DNA of 64,000 bases. It comes from a virus. Taxonomy: Duplodnaviria > Caudoviricetes. The notes under the pieces are model-generated. The model did no database searches, had not been told where the DNA came from, and saw only the letters and a program-made list of their open reading frames with translations. Positions 27,430-38,309 of this stretch are shown in pieces (position 1 is the stretch's first letter; each line of letters begins with the position of its first letter). The stretch lies in IMG/VR virus record IMGVR_UViG_3300011008_002712; one strand, written 5' to 3'. The position numbers and the translations under genes are program-made.

Positions 27430-30400
27430 TTATTTGTTTTCATTTATAATCGTGCTATTATCCCAATCATAAACAAGTCTTATATTTGCATCAATTGTTA
27501 TTTTCTTGTCTTTATTATATGTTAATTCATAAACATATTGGTCAATACTGTTAGCATTAGCTAACGAATTTATCGTAATACTCTTTTCTAAAATATTACC
27601 GAAAGAATCTCTTGGAGTAATATCTGAAACAAGATTGTTGATTTTTACATATACAAGCGGATAATTATTTATATCGCCATCAGTCCATACAGAAATATTG
27701 CATTCTTCATCATCAATAGAAAATTCATTAGCTATCCAGTTGTTATCAATATAATTATTGTTTTCTTCGATGTCTGAAATTTTGAATGTTTGTATTAAAA
27801 ATTCACCATTTTCAAAAGATAATACATAAATATTTTCATTGTCATGTATAACATCTACAAAATTATCTATTTCTAATGTCTTATCGCTTAGAAGCATTCT
27901 ATCTGTAAACGTTGATTGAGCTGGACTAAATTTAGAGCTATATAATTTATTATCTTGTTCTATGATTGCAATTAAGCTTTCTCTAGGAACAATTTTAGCA
28001 AATTGGCATCTATTAAATGATACCTGAGAAATTTCGCCATCTTCTATCACAGCATACGTCATAGATCTGCTGTTATTATTATATGAATAATAGCAAAAAT
28101 GAGGTTTGTCTAAATTGTCACTTTCAATGTTAATTTCATTATATGTTCCAATAAAATTATCATGTAACTCAAATTTTTCAACTGTCATTACCTTGTCTTT
28201 GTATGTCGAAGAAGATTTGTCGTTATCATCATTAAAAGTAATTAATTTTAATGTGTTATCATTATCTATTGTTATAACAAAAAATCCATTCATGCCTTTA
28301 TTTTCTGAATGTGAATTTTTTAATGCAATTTTGGGACAAACATTTAAAGTATTATCGTCTACTGCAATTGTCGAATCCGTTATTTTTATCTTATTTTTAT
28401 ATGCACAATATTCTATGCTAGAACGATATCCGAAATTTTCTTCATATACTATTAATGCCTTATTATCATATGTTATTTTTATATCTGGAAACATAATTTC
28501 ATTTGCATAACTATTTTGAAAAATCAATGTTGGTTCTTTTATGTCAGATATAGAATTATCATTTAATACACAATTCGTTGCATAATAAAGTTCTTTGCCA
28601 TAACTAAATACTATATGAAGAGCATTATTTTGATCTATGTCCATACTAGCATAAATATGATTTGCTTTAATTTTATAATCATATACTATCTCTTGAGAAG
28701 ATTCGGTTATTTTATATAATATTCCTTTGTCAAAAACATAAAATGCATCGCCAGCTTTGCAAAAACATCTTTCACCAGGAAGTCTTTGTCCATATAAAGG
28801 TTCAAACATTCCAGCGGATGTTGATGCTTCAATTTTAGAACTTTGCCCGTAATTGTCTCCATAATAACATTTCATGTAAATATGATAATTTGTATTTTGC
28901 ATCAAATTTTCTAATTTGAAAACATTCATTGACGTTACTTGTATAGATGAATAATTGACATCATCATAGCTATAAAAAATTGAGACATACTTTGATATAT
29001 TATTTTCATCTATTCTGTCTAAACTTGGAAAACGTAAAGTAATAGAATGAGCATCTACGTTTTCACATTCTAGATTTTCTATTCCATCGCCTTGTGTTTG
29101 GACATTTACAACATTGGACTCATCCCCACGATCACTGTCAAGTGGCTCAACTGTTATATTATAATAATCACCTTTACGAAGGTTGTAAATTGTAAAATTA
29201 ATTTCATATCCAACAAAAGTATTATTTACTATGATATCATCTTTTGTATGTTCAAGTTCAGAAAGCTTGTATGATATAATATCATCAACAGCATTATATA
29301 AATTAATATTTACGTCACTGTAATCATCATCTGTTGTAAATTTTAAAGATGCTGATGTGTTAGTCTGATCTACTAGTATCAAATCATTTATTGGTTTTTT
29401 ATTTGTTGTTGTTGTTACAACATTTGAATATATTCCAGAATATCTATTTGGGAAATAAATTCTAAATAGATATTCGGTATTATGTTTTAAATTTGGTATA
29501 GATGTTAAATTGTTATTTATTGGATATAAAACATTGTCCCATGTTATTCCATGATCAATAGAATATTGGAAATATTTTCCTTCATCTGAATCAATATCAT
29601 TCCAATTTAAAACAACAGAATTATATGACACATCAACTAGCTTCAAATTATTGACAATGCTAACAACATTTGACGTAACAGTCGTGTTTAATGAATTTCT
29701 ATATATTAATCTATAATGATAGATTACATTATTAAGATTTTCAATGATACATGAATCTGAATTTAATTTAATTACTTCTTTTGTTTTTGCTTTATACCAA
29801 TTAATCCTGTCAATGCTTTCTTGCACTGCTAAAAAATTAATATTATCAAGCGTACTCCAAGTCAATTTAACGCCATCTTCATTAAATAATTCAATATTTA
29901 ATGGTTTTACTGTATTAGAATAGCCCTCTGCTACTCCACCAACAATATTCAATCTATATTGAGTAATATGTTTAGAAAAAGAATATGTTAAAGATTCATC
30001 TGTAGATTTAATATCTAAATCTAAGTTGCTCCATGTTTCTTTTGTATATTGCAATGTTTGTGAAATTATATCATCAATTGCATTCCAAGATACTTTAAAT
30101 TCATCTTCACTAATTGAAAATATTTGCGGCAAATAAACGACATTCTCAACATTATTTGAAGTAACATATTTTATTCTAAATTTATAATTCCCTGGTTCTA
30201 AATTAACAACTTTAGCCCATGTGTCTGTTGCACTAAGTGGTTCTACCAACGTAGCGTCTATATATTTATCATCATCCAGTCTTTGCAAATAAATCTTTTC
30301 TGCATTTCTTGCTTTTGTCCAAGACAACGAAATGCTAGAATTTGTTATATTATCAATTTTTAAATCACTGACTGGAGCAAAAATTTCTGCTATATCAGTA

Positions 30401-31536
30401 TCTATTCTCAAAAAATATAATTCATCATTTTCAATGATCAGTGAATATATATTTTTGTTGCTGCACCATCCACATAAAATGTTCCAGTTATTTTTTGTTA
30501 GATCACTAATTTGATTCCATTCTGAAGAATCATATTTTTTCACCAAATATCTAACATTTAATTCTAAAAAATTGTTTGTTTGAAGTGCTTTTCCTTCATT
30601 TTGATTTGTATAATTATAGAGTATATACAAATTATCGCTTTCATCACACATAATAAACGGATATTTATTGTTTTCTGATATTTGTGAAAGCGTTTGAATA
30701 TCACTAATTACATTATTCTTTATATACGTATATTGGATAGAATTTGTATCATAACTATCATCAGTTGTAAGCCATGTTATATGAATATTTGAACATGAAT
30801 CAACTACCATGCTTGGATGATAATGATTCTTATATTTATCATTTACATCTTTTATAGAGAGATCTGAAACATTATAAAATGCATTACTCAAAGAATCAAA
30901 ACTACAAAATTTAATTTGATTTTTTTTATATACATTCTCCTCTTCCCAACAAATACCAAATGTATTATTGCCAGATTGTATTAATTTTGCATTATGTTGA
31001 TTTCTATTAGGAGAAGAATTAATTGCCGAATTGAATACAATTTGATGAGAAACAGGAGAATATATAGCGTAATATACACCATAAGTTCCGTCCGCTGTTG
31101 CTTTGTCATATGTCAAATGAATATATGATTGAGATGAATCAACAATAACATCTGTAACTCTAGCATGCAATAAATAGTTGGAAAATAAATCATGCCATTC
31201 ATCGTCCCAAGAATATATTTCGTCACTATCTAAATATAATTCGTATTTAATATATCGAATCGTGTCTATTCCATATTGATTAATGCCATGAGCGAAAACA
31301 TATTTGTTTTCTCCAATTGTTACCATTTTTGCATCATAAAGCTTTAAAGTATCTGGTGGGAAATAGCTTTCAACGAACCAAGTTTCTCCATCATCATAAC
31401 TTATATGGATATCTATCCAAACAGAGCCGTTAGCGCTATTGTTTACTAACGCATAAACAGCTTTATCATCCTTGTATAATGATGGATTAGAACCAGTTAC
31501 AGAAATTAAATTTTTATATACAAATTTGTTGCTCAT
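27430..31536 (-). CDS. Large virion-surface-type protein with Asp-box beta-propellers and fibronectin type III repeats
   Basis: Asp boxes SYDDGETW and SIDHGITW; FN3 motifs (ITNSSISLSW, NLEPGNYKFRI, NLKHNTEYLFRI, NLMQNTNYHIY). Confidence 0.8.
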   Translation of the reverse strand: MSNKFVYKNLISVTGSNPSLYKDDKAVYALVNNSANGSVWIDIHISYDDGETWFVESYFPPDTLKLYDAKMVTIGENKYVFAHGINQYGIDTIRYIKYELYLDSDEIYSWDDEWHDLFSNYLLHARVTDVIVDSSQSYIHLTYDKATADGTYGVYYAIYSPVSHQIVFNSAINSSPNRNQHNAKLIQSGNNTFGICWEEENVYKKNQIKFCSFDSLSNAFYNVSDLSIKDVNDKYKNHYHPSMVVDSCSNIHITWLTTDDSYDTNSIQYTYIKNNVISDIQTLSQISENNKYPFIMCDESDNLYILYNYTNQNEGKALQTNNFLELNVRYLVKKYDSSEWNQISDLTKNNWNILCGWCSNKNIYSLIIENDELYFLRIDTDIAEIFAPVSDLKIDNITNSSISLSWTKARNAEKIYLQRLDDDKYIDATLVEPLSATDTWAKVVNLEPGNYKFRIKYVTSNNVENVVYLPQIFSISEDEFKVSWNAIDDIISQTLQYTKETWSNLDLDIKSTDESLTYSFSKHITQYRLNIVGGVAEGYSNTVKPLNIELFNEDGVKLTWSTLDNINFLAVQESIDRINWYKAKTKEVIKLNSDSCIIENLNNVIYHYRLIYRNSLNTTVTSNVVSIVNNLKLVDVSYNSVVLNWNDIDSDEGKYFQYSIDHGITWDNVLYPINNNLTSIPNLKHNTEYLFRIYFPNRYSGIYSNVVTTTTNKKPINDLILVDQTNTSASLKFTTDDDYSDVNINLYNAVDDIISYKLSELEHTKDDIIVNNTFVGYEINFTIYNLRKGDYYNITVEPLDSDRGDESNVVNVQTQGDGIENLECENVDAHSITLRFPSLDRIDENNISKYVSIFYSYDDVNYSSIQVTSMNVFKLENLMQNTNYHIYMKCYYGDNYGQSSKIEASTSAGMFEPLYGQRLPGERCFCKAGDAFYVFDKGILYKITESSQEIVYDYKIKANHIYASMDIDQNNALHIVFSYGKELYYATNCVLNDNSISDIKEPTLIFQNSYANEIMFPDIKITYDNKALIVYEENFGYRSSIEYCAYKNKIKITDSTIAVDDNTLNVCPKIALKNSHSENKGMNGFFVITIDNDNTLKLITFNDDNDKSSSTYKDKVMTVEKFELHDNFIGTYNEINIESDNLDKPHFCYYSYNNNSRSMTYAVIEDGEISQVSFNRCQFAKIVPRESLIAIIEQDNKLYSSKFSPAQSTFTDRMLLSDKTLEIDNFVDVIHDNENIYVLSFENGEFLIQTFKISDIEENNNYIDNNWIANEFSIDDEECNISVWTDGDINNYPLVYVKINNLVSDITPRDSFGNILEKSITINSLANANSIDQYVYELTYNKDKKITIDANIRLVYDWDNSTIINENK

Positions 31537-32012
31537 TTTTTCACCCGCTTATATACGAGATATTGATATCTTAAGCCATTGTCAATTAGATCAGCTAATA
31601 ATGTTGATTTAAAATTATAATCAATGTCTAGGTTAGGGAAAAATTTATTACCATGTCCATCAGCTTGTATTTTTGTAACATGGATTATATCGCAAAATTT
31701 TAAAAATTGTTTATATATTGCCTCTCCACCAATAATATAAATCTTTTTATCTTTAAAAAATTTTTTCACATCTTTTATATCATTAATAGTTATTACATTA
31801 GGATAAGAAAAATCTTTATTGTTTGTTATAACAACATTAATCCTATTTGGCAATGGTTTTATTGGCAGTGATTCAAATGTTTTTCTTCCCATTACGACTA
31901 TATTTCCGGATGTTAATGTTTTAAACCTTTTTAAATCATCACTAATCTTGAAAAGGAGTTTGTCGTTTTTTCCAATGCTCCAATTTTTATCAACAGCTAC
32001 TATCGCATTCAT
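31533..32012 (-). CDS. folA: Dihydrofolate reductase
   Basis: IVAVD..IG, DLKRFK, VVMGRKTFESLP, PLPNR, IIGG. Confidence 0.95.
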   Translation of the reverse strand: MNAIVAVDKNWSIGKNDKLLFKISDDLKRFKTLTSGNIVVMGRKTFESLPIKPLPNRINVVITNNKDFSYPNVITINDIKDVKKFFKDKKIYIIGGEAIYKQFLKFCDIIHVTKIQADGHGNKFFPNLDIDYNFKSTLLADLIDNGLRYQYLVYKRVKK

Positions 32013-32021
32013 ATTATACTC

Positions 32022-32846
32022 CTATTCTGCTACTTCAATTTTAATCTGAAAACCTTTTTGATAATCAATTAATTTGAAATCATCTACAACATAATCGTAA
32101 AAACTATCATGGTGATTAATTTCTAATTTTGGTGCCGGATATGTTTGACGTTTAATAAGTTCTTCAATCAAAGGAATATGCCTGTCATAAATATGGGCAT
32201 CAGCAATAACATGCACTAATTCTCCAGGCTCTAAATTTGAAACATGTGCGAACATATATACCAGCATCGCATATTGACAAACATTCCATGCATTAGCTGT
32301 TAAAATATCTTGGCTTCTTTGATTCAGAATAGCATTTAATTTATTTCCTTCTACATTAAACGTCATAGAATATGCACATGGATATAACGCCATGCTATTC
32401 AAATCCTCAAAATTATACATTGAAGTAAGAATGCGTCTGCTGTTTGGATGATTTTTTAGATTATATAAAACATTGTCAACTTGATCCATTTCACCTTCTG
32501 GGAATTTATATTTTTTCGCAAGTTGATATCCATATGCTGTTCCAATTGTTCCATCTTCTTTCATCCATGCGTCCCATATTTTACTGCCAAGTTCAGATAC
32601 CTTATTTGATTTCTTTTGCCATATCCATAGTACCTCATCAACGCATAATTTCAATGGCACCGGTCGCAATGTCATAATAGGAGCTTCTTTGCTGAGATCA
32701 TATCTATTTACTATACATGATTTTTTTATTGTATGAGCTGGAGTTCCATCGCTCCAATGTGCTCTTGTATCATTACTTTCATTGTAATATCCGTTCTTTA
32801 ATATATTTTTACACATGTCTATAAAAATATTATCAAATTGGCTCAA
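32022..32846 (-). CDS. thyA: Thymidylate synthase
   Basis: IWDAW, AYGYQ, SRR, ALYPC, NQRSQD, WNVCQY, DAHIYDRH. Confidence 0.96.
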   Translation of the reverse strand: MSQFDNIFIDMCKNILKNGYYNESNDTRAHWSDGTPAHTIKKSCIVNRYDLSKEAPIMTLRPVPLKLCVDEVLWIWQKKSNKVSELGSKIWDAWMKEDGTIGTAYGYQLAKKYKFPEGEMDQVDNVLYNLKNHPNSRRILTSMYNFEDLNSMALYPCAYSMTFNVEGNKLNAILNQRSQDILTANAWNVCQYAMLVYMFAHVSNLEPGELVHVIADAHIYDRHIPLIEELIKRQTYPAPKLEINHHDSFYDYVVDDFKLIDYQKGFQIKIEVAE

Positions 32847-32870
32847 TTTATTTCATTCCTTTCATAAAGT

Positions 32871-32905
32871 AACAGGAGCAAAAGTTTATTGCTTTTGCTC
32901 CTGTT
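32871..32905. terminator. Stem-loop between ssb and thyA
   Basis: AACAGGAGCAAAAG/CTTTTGCTCCTGTT. Confidence 0.7.
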
Positions 32906-32964
32906 CCCACCTATCTATTTGTTCCTCCATTTCTCACAATATGAGATAGGAGCTTATTTAGTTA

Positions 32965-33624
32965 TTAATCAAAATCATCCCACGAACTATCTTTTACCTG
33001 AGTTTCAGTACTCTTTGATTGTTCTTGTTCATCACCCATAAGTTCACCATCTAATATGATTAACTTCATGGCTTTAATTTCCGCTATTGTATTAGGTTTC
33101 GTTACATCTTGAACATTAGGGCATTTTTTAATTGCCTCTTTCTCTTCGTCTGTAAGAAGTTCTTGCTTAGGACGAGGCACAGTAGAATAAGAAGTGCTTA
33201 ATAATTTTCCAGTTTTGGTAATCTTAAAATCATAATTCAAAGGATTGCCATAATCTTGATCATTTGCGTAATTATTAATATCCTTGACTACGCTTTGAGG
33301 AAGTGTTGCTATTTTTACAGAAATATCACCATCATATTCCTTTGTCTTGCTATCCCAATTACTCTTATCTATAACCTTGCATTGATATTGAGTACGGGGC
33401 TTTCCACCAGCTTCGCAAATTGGACAAACATCTCCAAGACAAATAATTCGTTTAAACTTACCGTCTTGTGATTTTTCATAGTGAGTACGAATCATTGATG
33501 GTTTTCCAGCAATGCGAATAACATTTTCCCCATCCTTTAGTTGGAAAAAATTATTTCCACTTCCAACATTGCTACCAATATTCAAAGTACCCCAATCATT
33601 TTCAAAACTCATTGTGTCAGACAT
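32965..33624 (-). CDS. Single-stranded DNA-binding protein (gp32-like)
   Basis: FFQLKDGENVIRI, H...C..CPIC Zn site, YDFKITKTG...TSY, acidic aromatic tail SWDDFD. Confidence 0.75.
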   Translation of the reverse strand: MSDTMSFENDWGTLNIGSNVGSGNNFFQLKDGENVIRIAGKPSMIRTHYEKSQDGKFKRIICLGDVCPICEAGGKPRTQYQCKVIDKSNWDSKTKEYDGDISVKIATLPQSVVKDINNYANDQDYGNPLNYDFKITKTGKLLSTSYSTVPRPKQELLTDEEKEAIKKCPNVQDVTKPNTIAEIKAMKLIILDGELMGDEQEQSKSTETQVKDSSWDDFD

Positions 33625-33823
33625 AACATTTACATCTCCTTTTAATTTTTGCAATTCATAACAATAAATGAATACTCAAGATTCTTGTGTTATTTCAATT
33701 TAGCGTTATGAGATGTTTCTAATACTTATAATGCGTCAATGCACTATAAAATTTTAATAACATATACTCTTCAATTTTATATTAGACAACATCTGATTTT
33801 TTTTAATTAAAATTTGAGCATTT

Positions 33824-34390
33824 TCAAATTTTAATATTTTTTCTTGCTATACTAATGTAATCTTGAGGGTCATTTTTATCAATAATATCTAAATCTTCTT
33901 GCTTTTGTATAAATTGCCATCTGCAACTCATTCCATAAAAAATTTTATTAAATTTAAACACAAAAATTGCTGGATTATTCATGAATTTATTTCTCACTTC
34001 TTTGTTTTTTGGATCAAACAAAGAGATAATAGATATCGGTAAATCTCCAAGGTATATTCCCAAATGCGGCTCTTCATCATATCCCTTAGCATTTAATGAT
34101 ATCATAACATATTCTCCAACATGCGTTTGTGTATTAAATGAATCATAAGATAAATCACTTACTATACTTTCAACAATAATTGGATATTGTATAAACATAG
34201 GTAAATAATCGTCGCATATATAATACATTCCCAAAACAAATTCAGCATATTCGTTTGTTCTTTTGTTTTCTTCCATGACATCAGAAAACAATTGACATTT
34301 TAATCTTTTTTTACATGTAGCGCAACATTCTTGCTTTGGTATAATATTCCCATTTGCGTCTAATTTCGGTTCTATCTGTTTTAGATTCAT
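33824..34390 (-). CDS. Hypothetical protein (Cys cluster; GIYLGDLP, NPAIFV)
   Basis: 188-aa ORF coupled to the upstream gene. Confidence 0.7.
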   Translation of the reverse strand: MNLKQIEPKLDANGNIIPKQECCATCKKRLKCQLFSDVMEENKRTNEYAEFVLGMYYICDDYLPMFIQYPIIVESIVSDLSYDSFNTQTHVGEYVMISLNAKGYDEEPHLGIYLGDLPISIISLFDPKNKEVRNKFMNNPAIFVFKFNKIFYGMSCRWQFIQKQEDLDIIDKNDPQDYISIARKNIKI

Positions 34391-35463
34391 GCTTCTTGTT
34401 CCTCATTAATCATTCTATGCTGTTTAAAAATTAAAGATTCTTCTTTTTTCAATTTTTTTAAAGCGTCTTTCAATAATTTTCTAGAAGAATTAATTTCTGT
34501 TTTTATGTTATCATGCTGCTCACGATATTCATCACGTTTTGTAGTCAATACTTCAATTTGCGAATTTAAATCATTAATTTTTTCATTTAATTCTTCTAAA
34601 TTATCTTTTTTTTGTTTCACAAACAAATAATGTTTATCGTTCATGTTTTTATATGATCTGGCCATATTTTTAACGTGTTCAAGCTGCATGATTGTTGCTT
34701 TTTTATTTATTTTATCATCAGAAAAACCAAAAGAATTTTTCCACAATGTTAAAATAACATTATCACTAGTTATTGCAAAAAATATCATATCAGAAAAATT
34801 AAGAAAAAATCTTGTTTCAAAATTTTCTGTAACGTTTGAATATACTTCTATCGAATTTTTAAACGATTTGGACAAATCATCTACTATTTTATCTCTATTT
34901 TTAATGGTTATTTTTTTATCGCTATTATTAATTCTTTCTTCCCATCTCTTTATACAATGTGCTGTCAAAAAATATTGAATTCCATTCTTTGTTATTGTAT
35001 TTTCACAATCAAAAAATTGATTTAATAATTCATCAGCTTTTCTTAATACCTTGTTGGTATATTTATTTAATTCATCAGAATTTAAATTTTCTTCTACAAA
35101 CTTAGAATACTCATCTTTTGATTTTGCTTTACTCGTAACGAAATCTATTTTTATAGAATCTATATTGTCTTTTTTCAATGGTTGAACGATTAATTCATTT
35201 TTTTTGCATAAAATACCGAACCAATTATCATTTATTTTTATGATATTCGAATTTGTAAAAGAATTAATCATATTGTCTTTTAATGATTGATATTCTTTCA
35301 TATATTTCATTCTTTCAATGACCAACATGTGACAATCTTGGTCTGTAAATTGCAGCGCTCTTGCATGTGACAATGCTTTTTCAACGCTGTCAAAATTTAA
35401 TTTTGCATCTAAAAATTTATTCAATGAATTTTCATCAAATTTAGATGATATTGATTGTTTCAT
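34387..35463 (-). CDS. Hypothetical protein with TxH..RW.ER domain and C-terminal coiled coil
   Basis: LTAHCIKRWEERI resembles the RelE/DUF4258-like start; long heptad region. Confidence 0.65.
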   Translation of the reverse strand: MKQSISSKFDENSLNKFLDAKLNFDSVEKALSHARALQFTDQDCHMLVIERMKYMKEYQSLKDNMINSFTNSNIIKINDNWFGILCKKNELIVQPLKKDNIDSIKIDFVTSKAKSKDEYSKFVEENLNSDELNKYTNKVLRKADELLNQFFDCENTITKNGIQYFLTAHCIKRWEERINNSDKKITIKNRDKIVDDLSKSFKNSIEVYSNVTENFETRFFLNFSDMIFFAITSDNVILTLWKNSFGFSDDKINKKATIMQLEHVKNMARSYKNMNDKHYLFVKQKKDNLEELNEKINDLNSQIEVLTTKRDEYREQHDNIKTEINSSRKLLKDALKKLKKEESLIFKQHRMINEEQEA

Positions 35464-35533
35464 TTGATTTCACCTCTTATCTTAATTTTATTAATTTAAA
35501 AATTTTATATGTCTTATAATGCATCTTTTACAA

Positions 35534-35562
35534 AAGAAATGGGAGAATTTCTCCCATTTCTT
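35534..35562 (-). terminator. Stem-loop terminator
   Basis: AAGAAATGGGAGAA-t-TTCTCCCATTTCTT. Confidence 0.7.
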
Positions 35563-36205
35563 AATCAATGTCTCCCCACTCTAATTCTGGCGCGCCAGAT
35601 TTATAATCATTTGGCTCTTCTGCACCGCCATCTCCATGATTAAAATCTAAATTAGTTTTCTTTCTATATTCACCAAGTTGAATCTGCATAGAAATAATAG
35701 AAGCTTGACGAGAAATAACATCTCCAATTGATTTCAAATTTCCCATGACGTTAGTGACTTCTGTTCTAAATGCTTCTATTTTTCCAAGCTGCAATACCAA
35801 ATTCGGATATCTAAGCATTGCTTCACCTTGTCGTTTATCTGCCGATTTTTGGTTGCTTACAAGATTGTTTGCAGAATATAACATATCCATTGTGCGTTTT
35901 CTTACTGCATATTCGTGTTCTACATCATATAAAATCTCACTAAGGCGATTCTTATACTGCTGTACTCTATCCATTTCTTCCAGCAACTGAAATGTATTTG
36001 GGTTTTCATATGTTTGAACGCTCATTTCAAGCATTTCATTATGATATGCATTTAAATCTAATTTTGGCAAAGTTTTAATAATATCATATACAATGGTTTC
36101 TAATTCGTTAAAATTACATTCTTTTCTAGAATGCGTTTTATCAATATCATCCATTTTATCAAAAAAATCTTTTCTGTTTGAATTATCATCAATATCTAAT
36201 GTCAT
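35561..36205 (-). CDS. Helical protein downstream of sbcC; candidate UvsY-like recombination mediator
   Basis: All-helical pattern, KSADKR segment, acidic W tail; located beside sbcC. Function inferred. Confidence 0.5.
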   Translation of the reverse strand: MTLDIDDNSNRKDFFDKMDDIDKTHSRKECNFNELETIVYDIIKTLPKLDLNAYHNEMLEMSVQTYENPNTFQLLEEMDRVQQYKNRLSEILYDVEHEYAVRKRTMDMLYSANNLVSNQKSADKRQGEAMLRYPNLVLQLGKIEAFRTEVTNVMGNLKSIGDVISRQASIISMQIQLGEYRKKTNLDFNHGDGGAEEPNDYKSGAPELEWGDID

Positions 36206-36219
36206 AATTAAATTCTCCC

Positions 36220-38259
36220 TTATAAAATAGAAATTTGTGATCCTCTAATCGGATCTTTTTCTATTAGAACTTTTGTATCAAAAGAATCTTGTAATTCATT
36301 TATGTGAGTAATACACATTACTTGTTTGAAAATTTTGCTGATTTTATGCAGTGTATCAATAAATTTTTGCCTTGCTGATGAGTCTTGTGAACCTAACCCT
36401 TCATCTATAATGAAAAAATCTATCGTCGCTCCAGCTCTTTTTGTTAAAAATTTTGCTAATCCTATATGACAAGAAAAATCTATTCTAAATTTTTCTCCTC
36501 CAGAATAAGTTTCATAGCTTCTTGAATTAATACCATCATGAATAATTATATCCAATGTGTCAATATCTTTTTTATTCCCTTTTTTATCAGTTTCAAATCT
36601 TATAGACATTGCATTATCACTCAATAATTGTAATACATTATTGATTTCACTTTCTATATTAGGCAAATCTTTCTTTATGATACTTTTTTGTATTCCCTTT
36701 TTGCCAAAAGCTATGCTAACACTATCATAATCTCCAAATTCTAAATTAAGCTGTGCCAGTTGCTGATTTAATTGATTCAACAATTTTTCATTTTTTGAAA
36801 TATCGTCTATTTGAGATTTTGTAACAGCTATACTTTGTTCATTTTCAGAAATTTCAGATGATACTTGGCTAATTTCACGTCTTAATTCATTATCATTAAA
36901 AGTTTTTTGTTCAACATCAACAATATTGATTTTTAAATTTTCATCATATTGAACTTGATATTCATCAAGTGATTTTTGTAAAAATGAAATTTCATTTTCT
37001 AAAGATTCTTTTAAATGCTTTAATTTCTCGTTTTTATTTTTTTTATCTTGTAATTGCTGTTTTTTATTGCTAAGCAATTTACCATCTTCTGATAATTTAG
37101 AGCCGCGCTTTTTAAATTCGTCTAACGAATCATTATTTTTAGAAATTTTAACATTTGTTTCTTTGTATGTTTCTTTTAACTCAATGAGATGTTTTTCTTT
37201 ATGTTCAGGAGTAATTTCATTACCACAAAAATCACAAATTGATTTATTATATGATTCTAAATTATGATGTTTTTCTTTGATTTTCTTTTTTTCTTGTTCA
37301 AAAAAATTATTCTCTGTTTTTATTCTAGACATTTCTTCTTTTATAGAAGTAATCTCTTCTCTTTTTTTATCAATTTCTTTTTGCAATTGTTGTATTTCTG
37401 AATCAAAATCTATGTTTTCGATTTCTATTTCAGAATATCTTTCTTTTTTAAGTTCAATATCATTTTTTAAACTTGATAATTGATTCTTTAATTTAGAACG
37501 TTGATTTAAAATCAATTTATTTTTGCCAATTAAAGATTCATATTCGGCTTTTTCTTTTATGATAATTTCAAATTTGTTATTCAATTGTTCTAAGTTCTTT
37601 TTTAATTTTATATTTTTTTCTGTTTTTTCATCAATAATTTTTTGCAAAACATTGACATCTTCATACTGAGTTGAAGCAAATTCAATTTGAGAATTTAAAT
37701 TATCTATTTGTGTTTTTAACAATTTTCTTGTTTCTTTTGCTTCTTTCTCATATGCTTCATATTTTTTTATATCTAAGATTTGAGCAAGTGTTTCCTTTCT
37801 TTCATTTGGTTTTTTATTCATAAACCTAGCTGACATTCCTTGTCCAACGCAAATTGTATCAAGAAATACATCATAATCTAATTTTATAACATCAATAATC
37901 TTTTTTTGTGTTTCTAAAATTTTTTCAGTTTGACTAATTCCATCTATATAGAATTCTAATTCTCTTGGGCCATTTCTATATTTTCTTGATATAATCAAAT
38001 ATGTAGTGCCATTCATTTCAAAACAAAATTGTAATTCAAAATGATCGCAATCATGATTAATCATCTCATCCATTCCAGCTCCCTTATTGTCTGTACACGA
38101 ATTACGATAATAAAGAGCTGTCGTGATCATTTCTATAATTGAAGATTTCCCTGCTCCATTTTCTCCTATTAGACAAAAAAGATTTCCAAAATCAGAAAAA
38201 TTAATTTCTGCATCTACGTACGAACGATAACCGTGAATTTTCAAATATTTTGGTAACAT
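36220..38259 (-). CDS. sbcC: SbcC/Rad50 ATPase (gp46-like)
   Basis: GENGAGKSS, coiled coil with CDFC Zn hook, YSGGEKFR, IIDEG, CITH. Confidence 0.93.
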   Translation of the reverse strand: MLPKYLKIHGYRSYVDAEINFSDFGNLFCLIGENGAGKSSIIEMITTALYYRNSCTDNKGAGMDEMINHDCDHFELQFCFEMNGTTYLIISRKYRNGPRELEFYIDGISQTEKILETQKKIIDVIKLDYDVFLDTICVGQGMSARFMNKKPNERKETLAQILDIKKYEAYEKEAKETRKLLKTQIDNLNSQIEFASTQYEDVNVLQKIIDEKTEKNIKLKKNLEQLNNKFEIIIKEKAEYESLIGKNKLILNQRSKLKNQLSSLKNDIELKKERYSEIEIENIDFDSEIQQLQKEIDKKREEITSIKEEMSRIKTENNFFEQEKKKIKEKHHNLESYNKSICDFCGNEITPEHKEKHLIELKETYKETNVKISKNNDSLDEFKKRGSKLSEDGKLLSNKKQQLQDKKNKNEKLKHLKESLENEISFLQKSLDEYQVQYDENLKINIVDVEQKTFNDNELRREISQVSSEISENEQSIAVTKSQIDDISKNEKLLNQLNQQLAQLNLEFGDYDSVSIAFGKKGIQKSIIKKDLPNIESEINNVLQLLSDNAMSIRFETDKKGNKKDIDTLDIIIHDGINSRSYETYSGGEKFRIDFSCHIGLAKFLTKRAGATIDFFIIDEGLGSQDSSARQKFIDTLHKISKIFKQVMCITHINELQDSFDTKVLIEKDPIRGSQISIL

Positions 38260-38309
38260 TCTATCACCTCTTTTTTATTTTAGACAAAAATAAGCAGCTT
38301 TGTTGCTGC

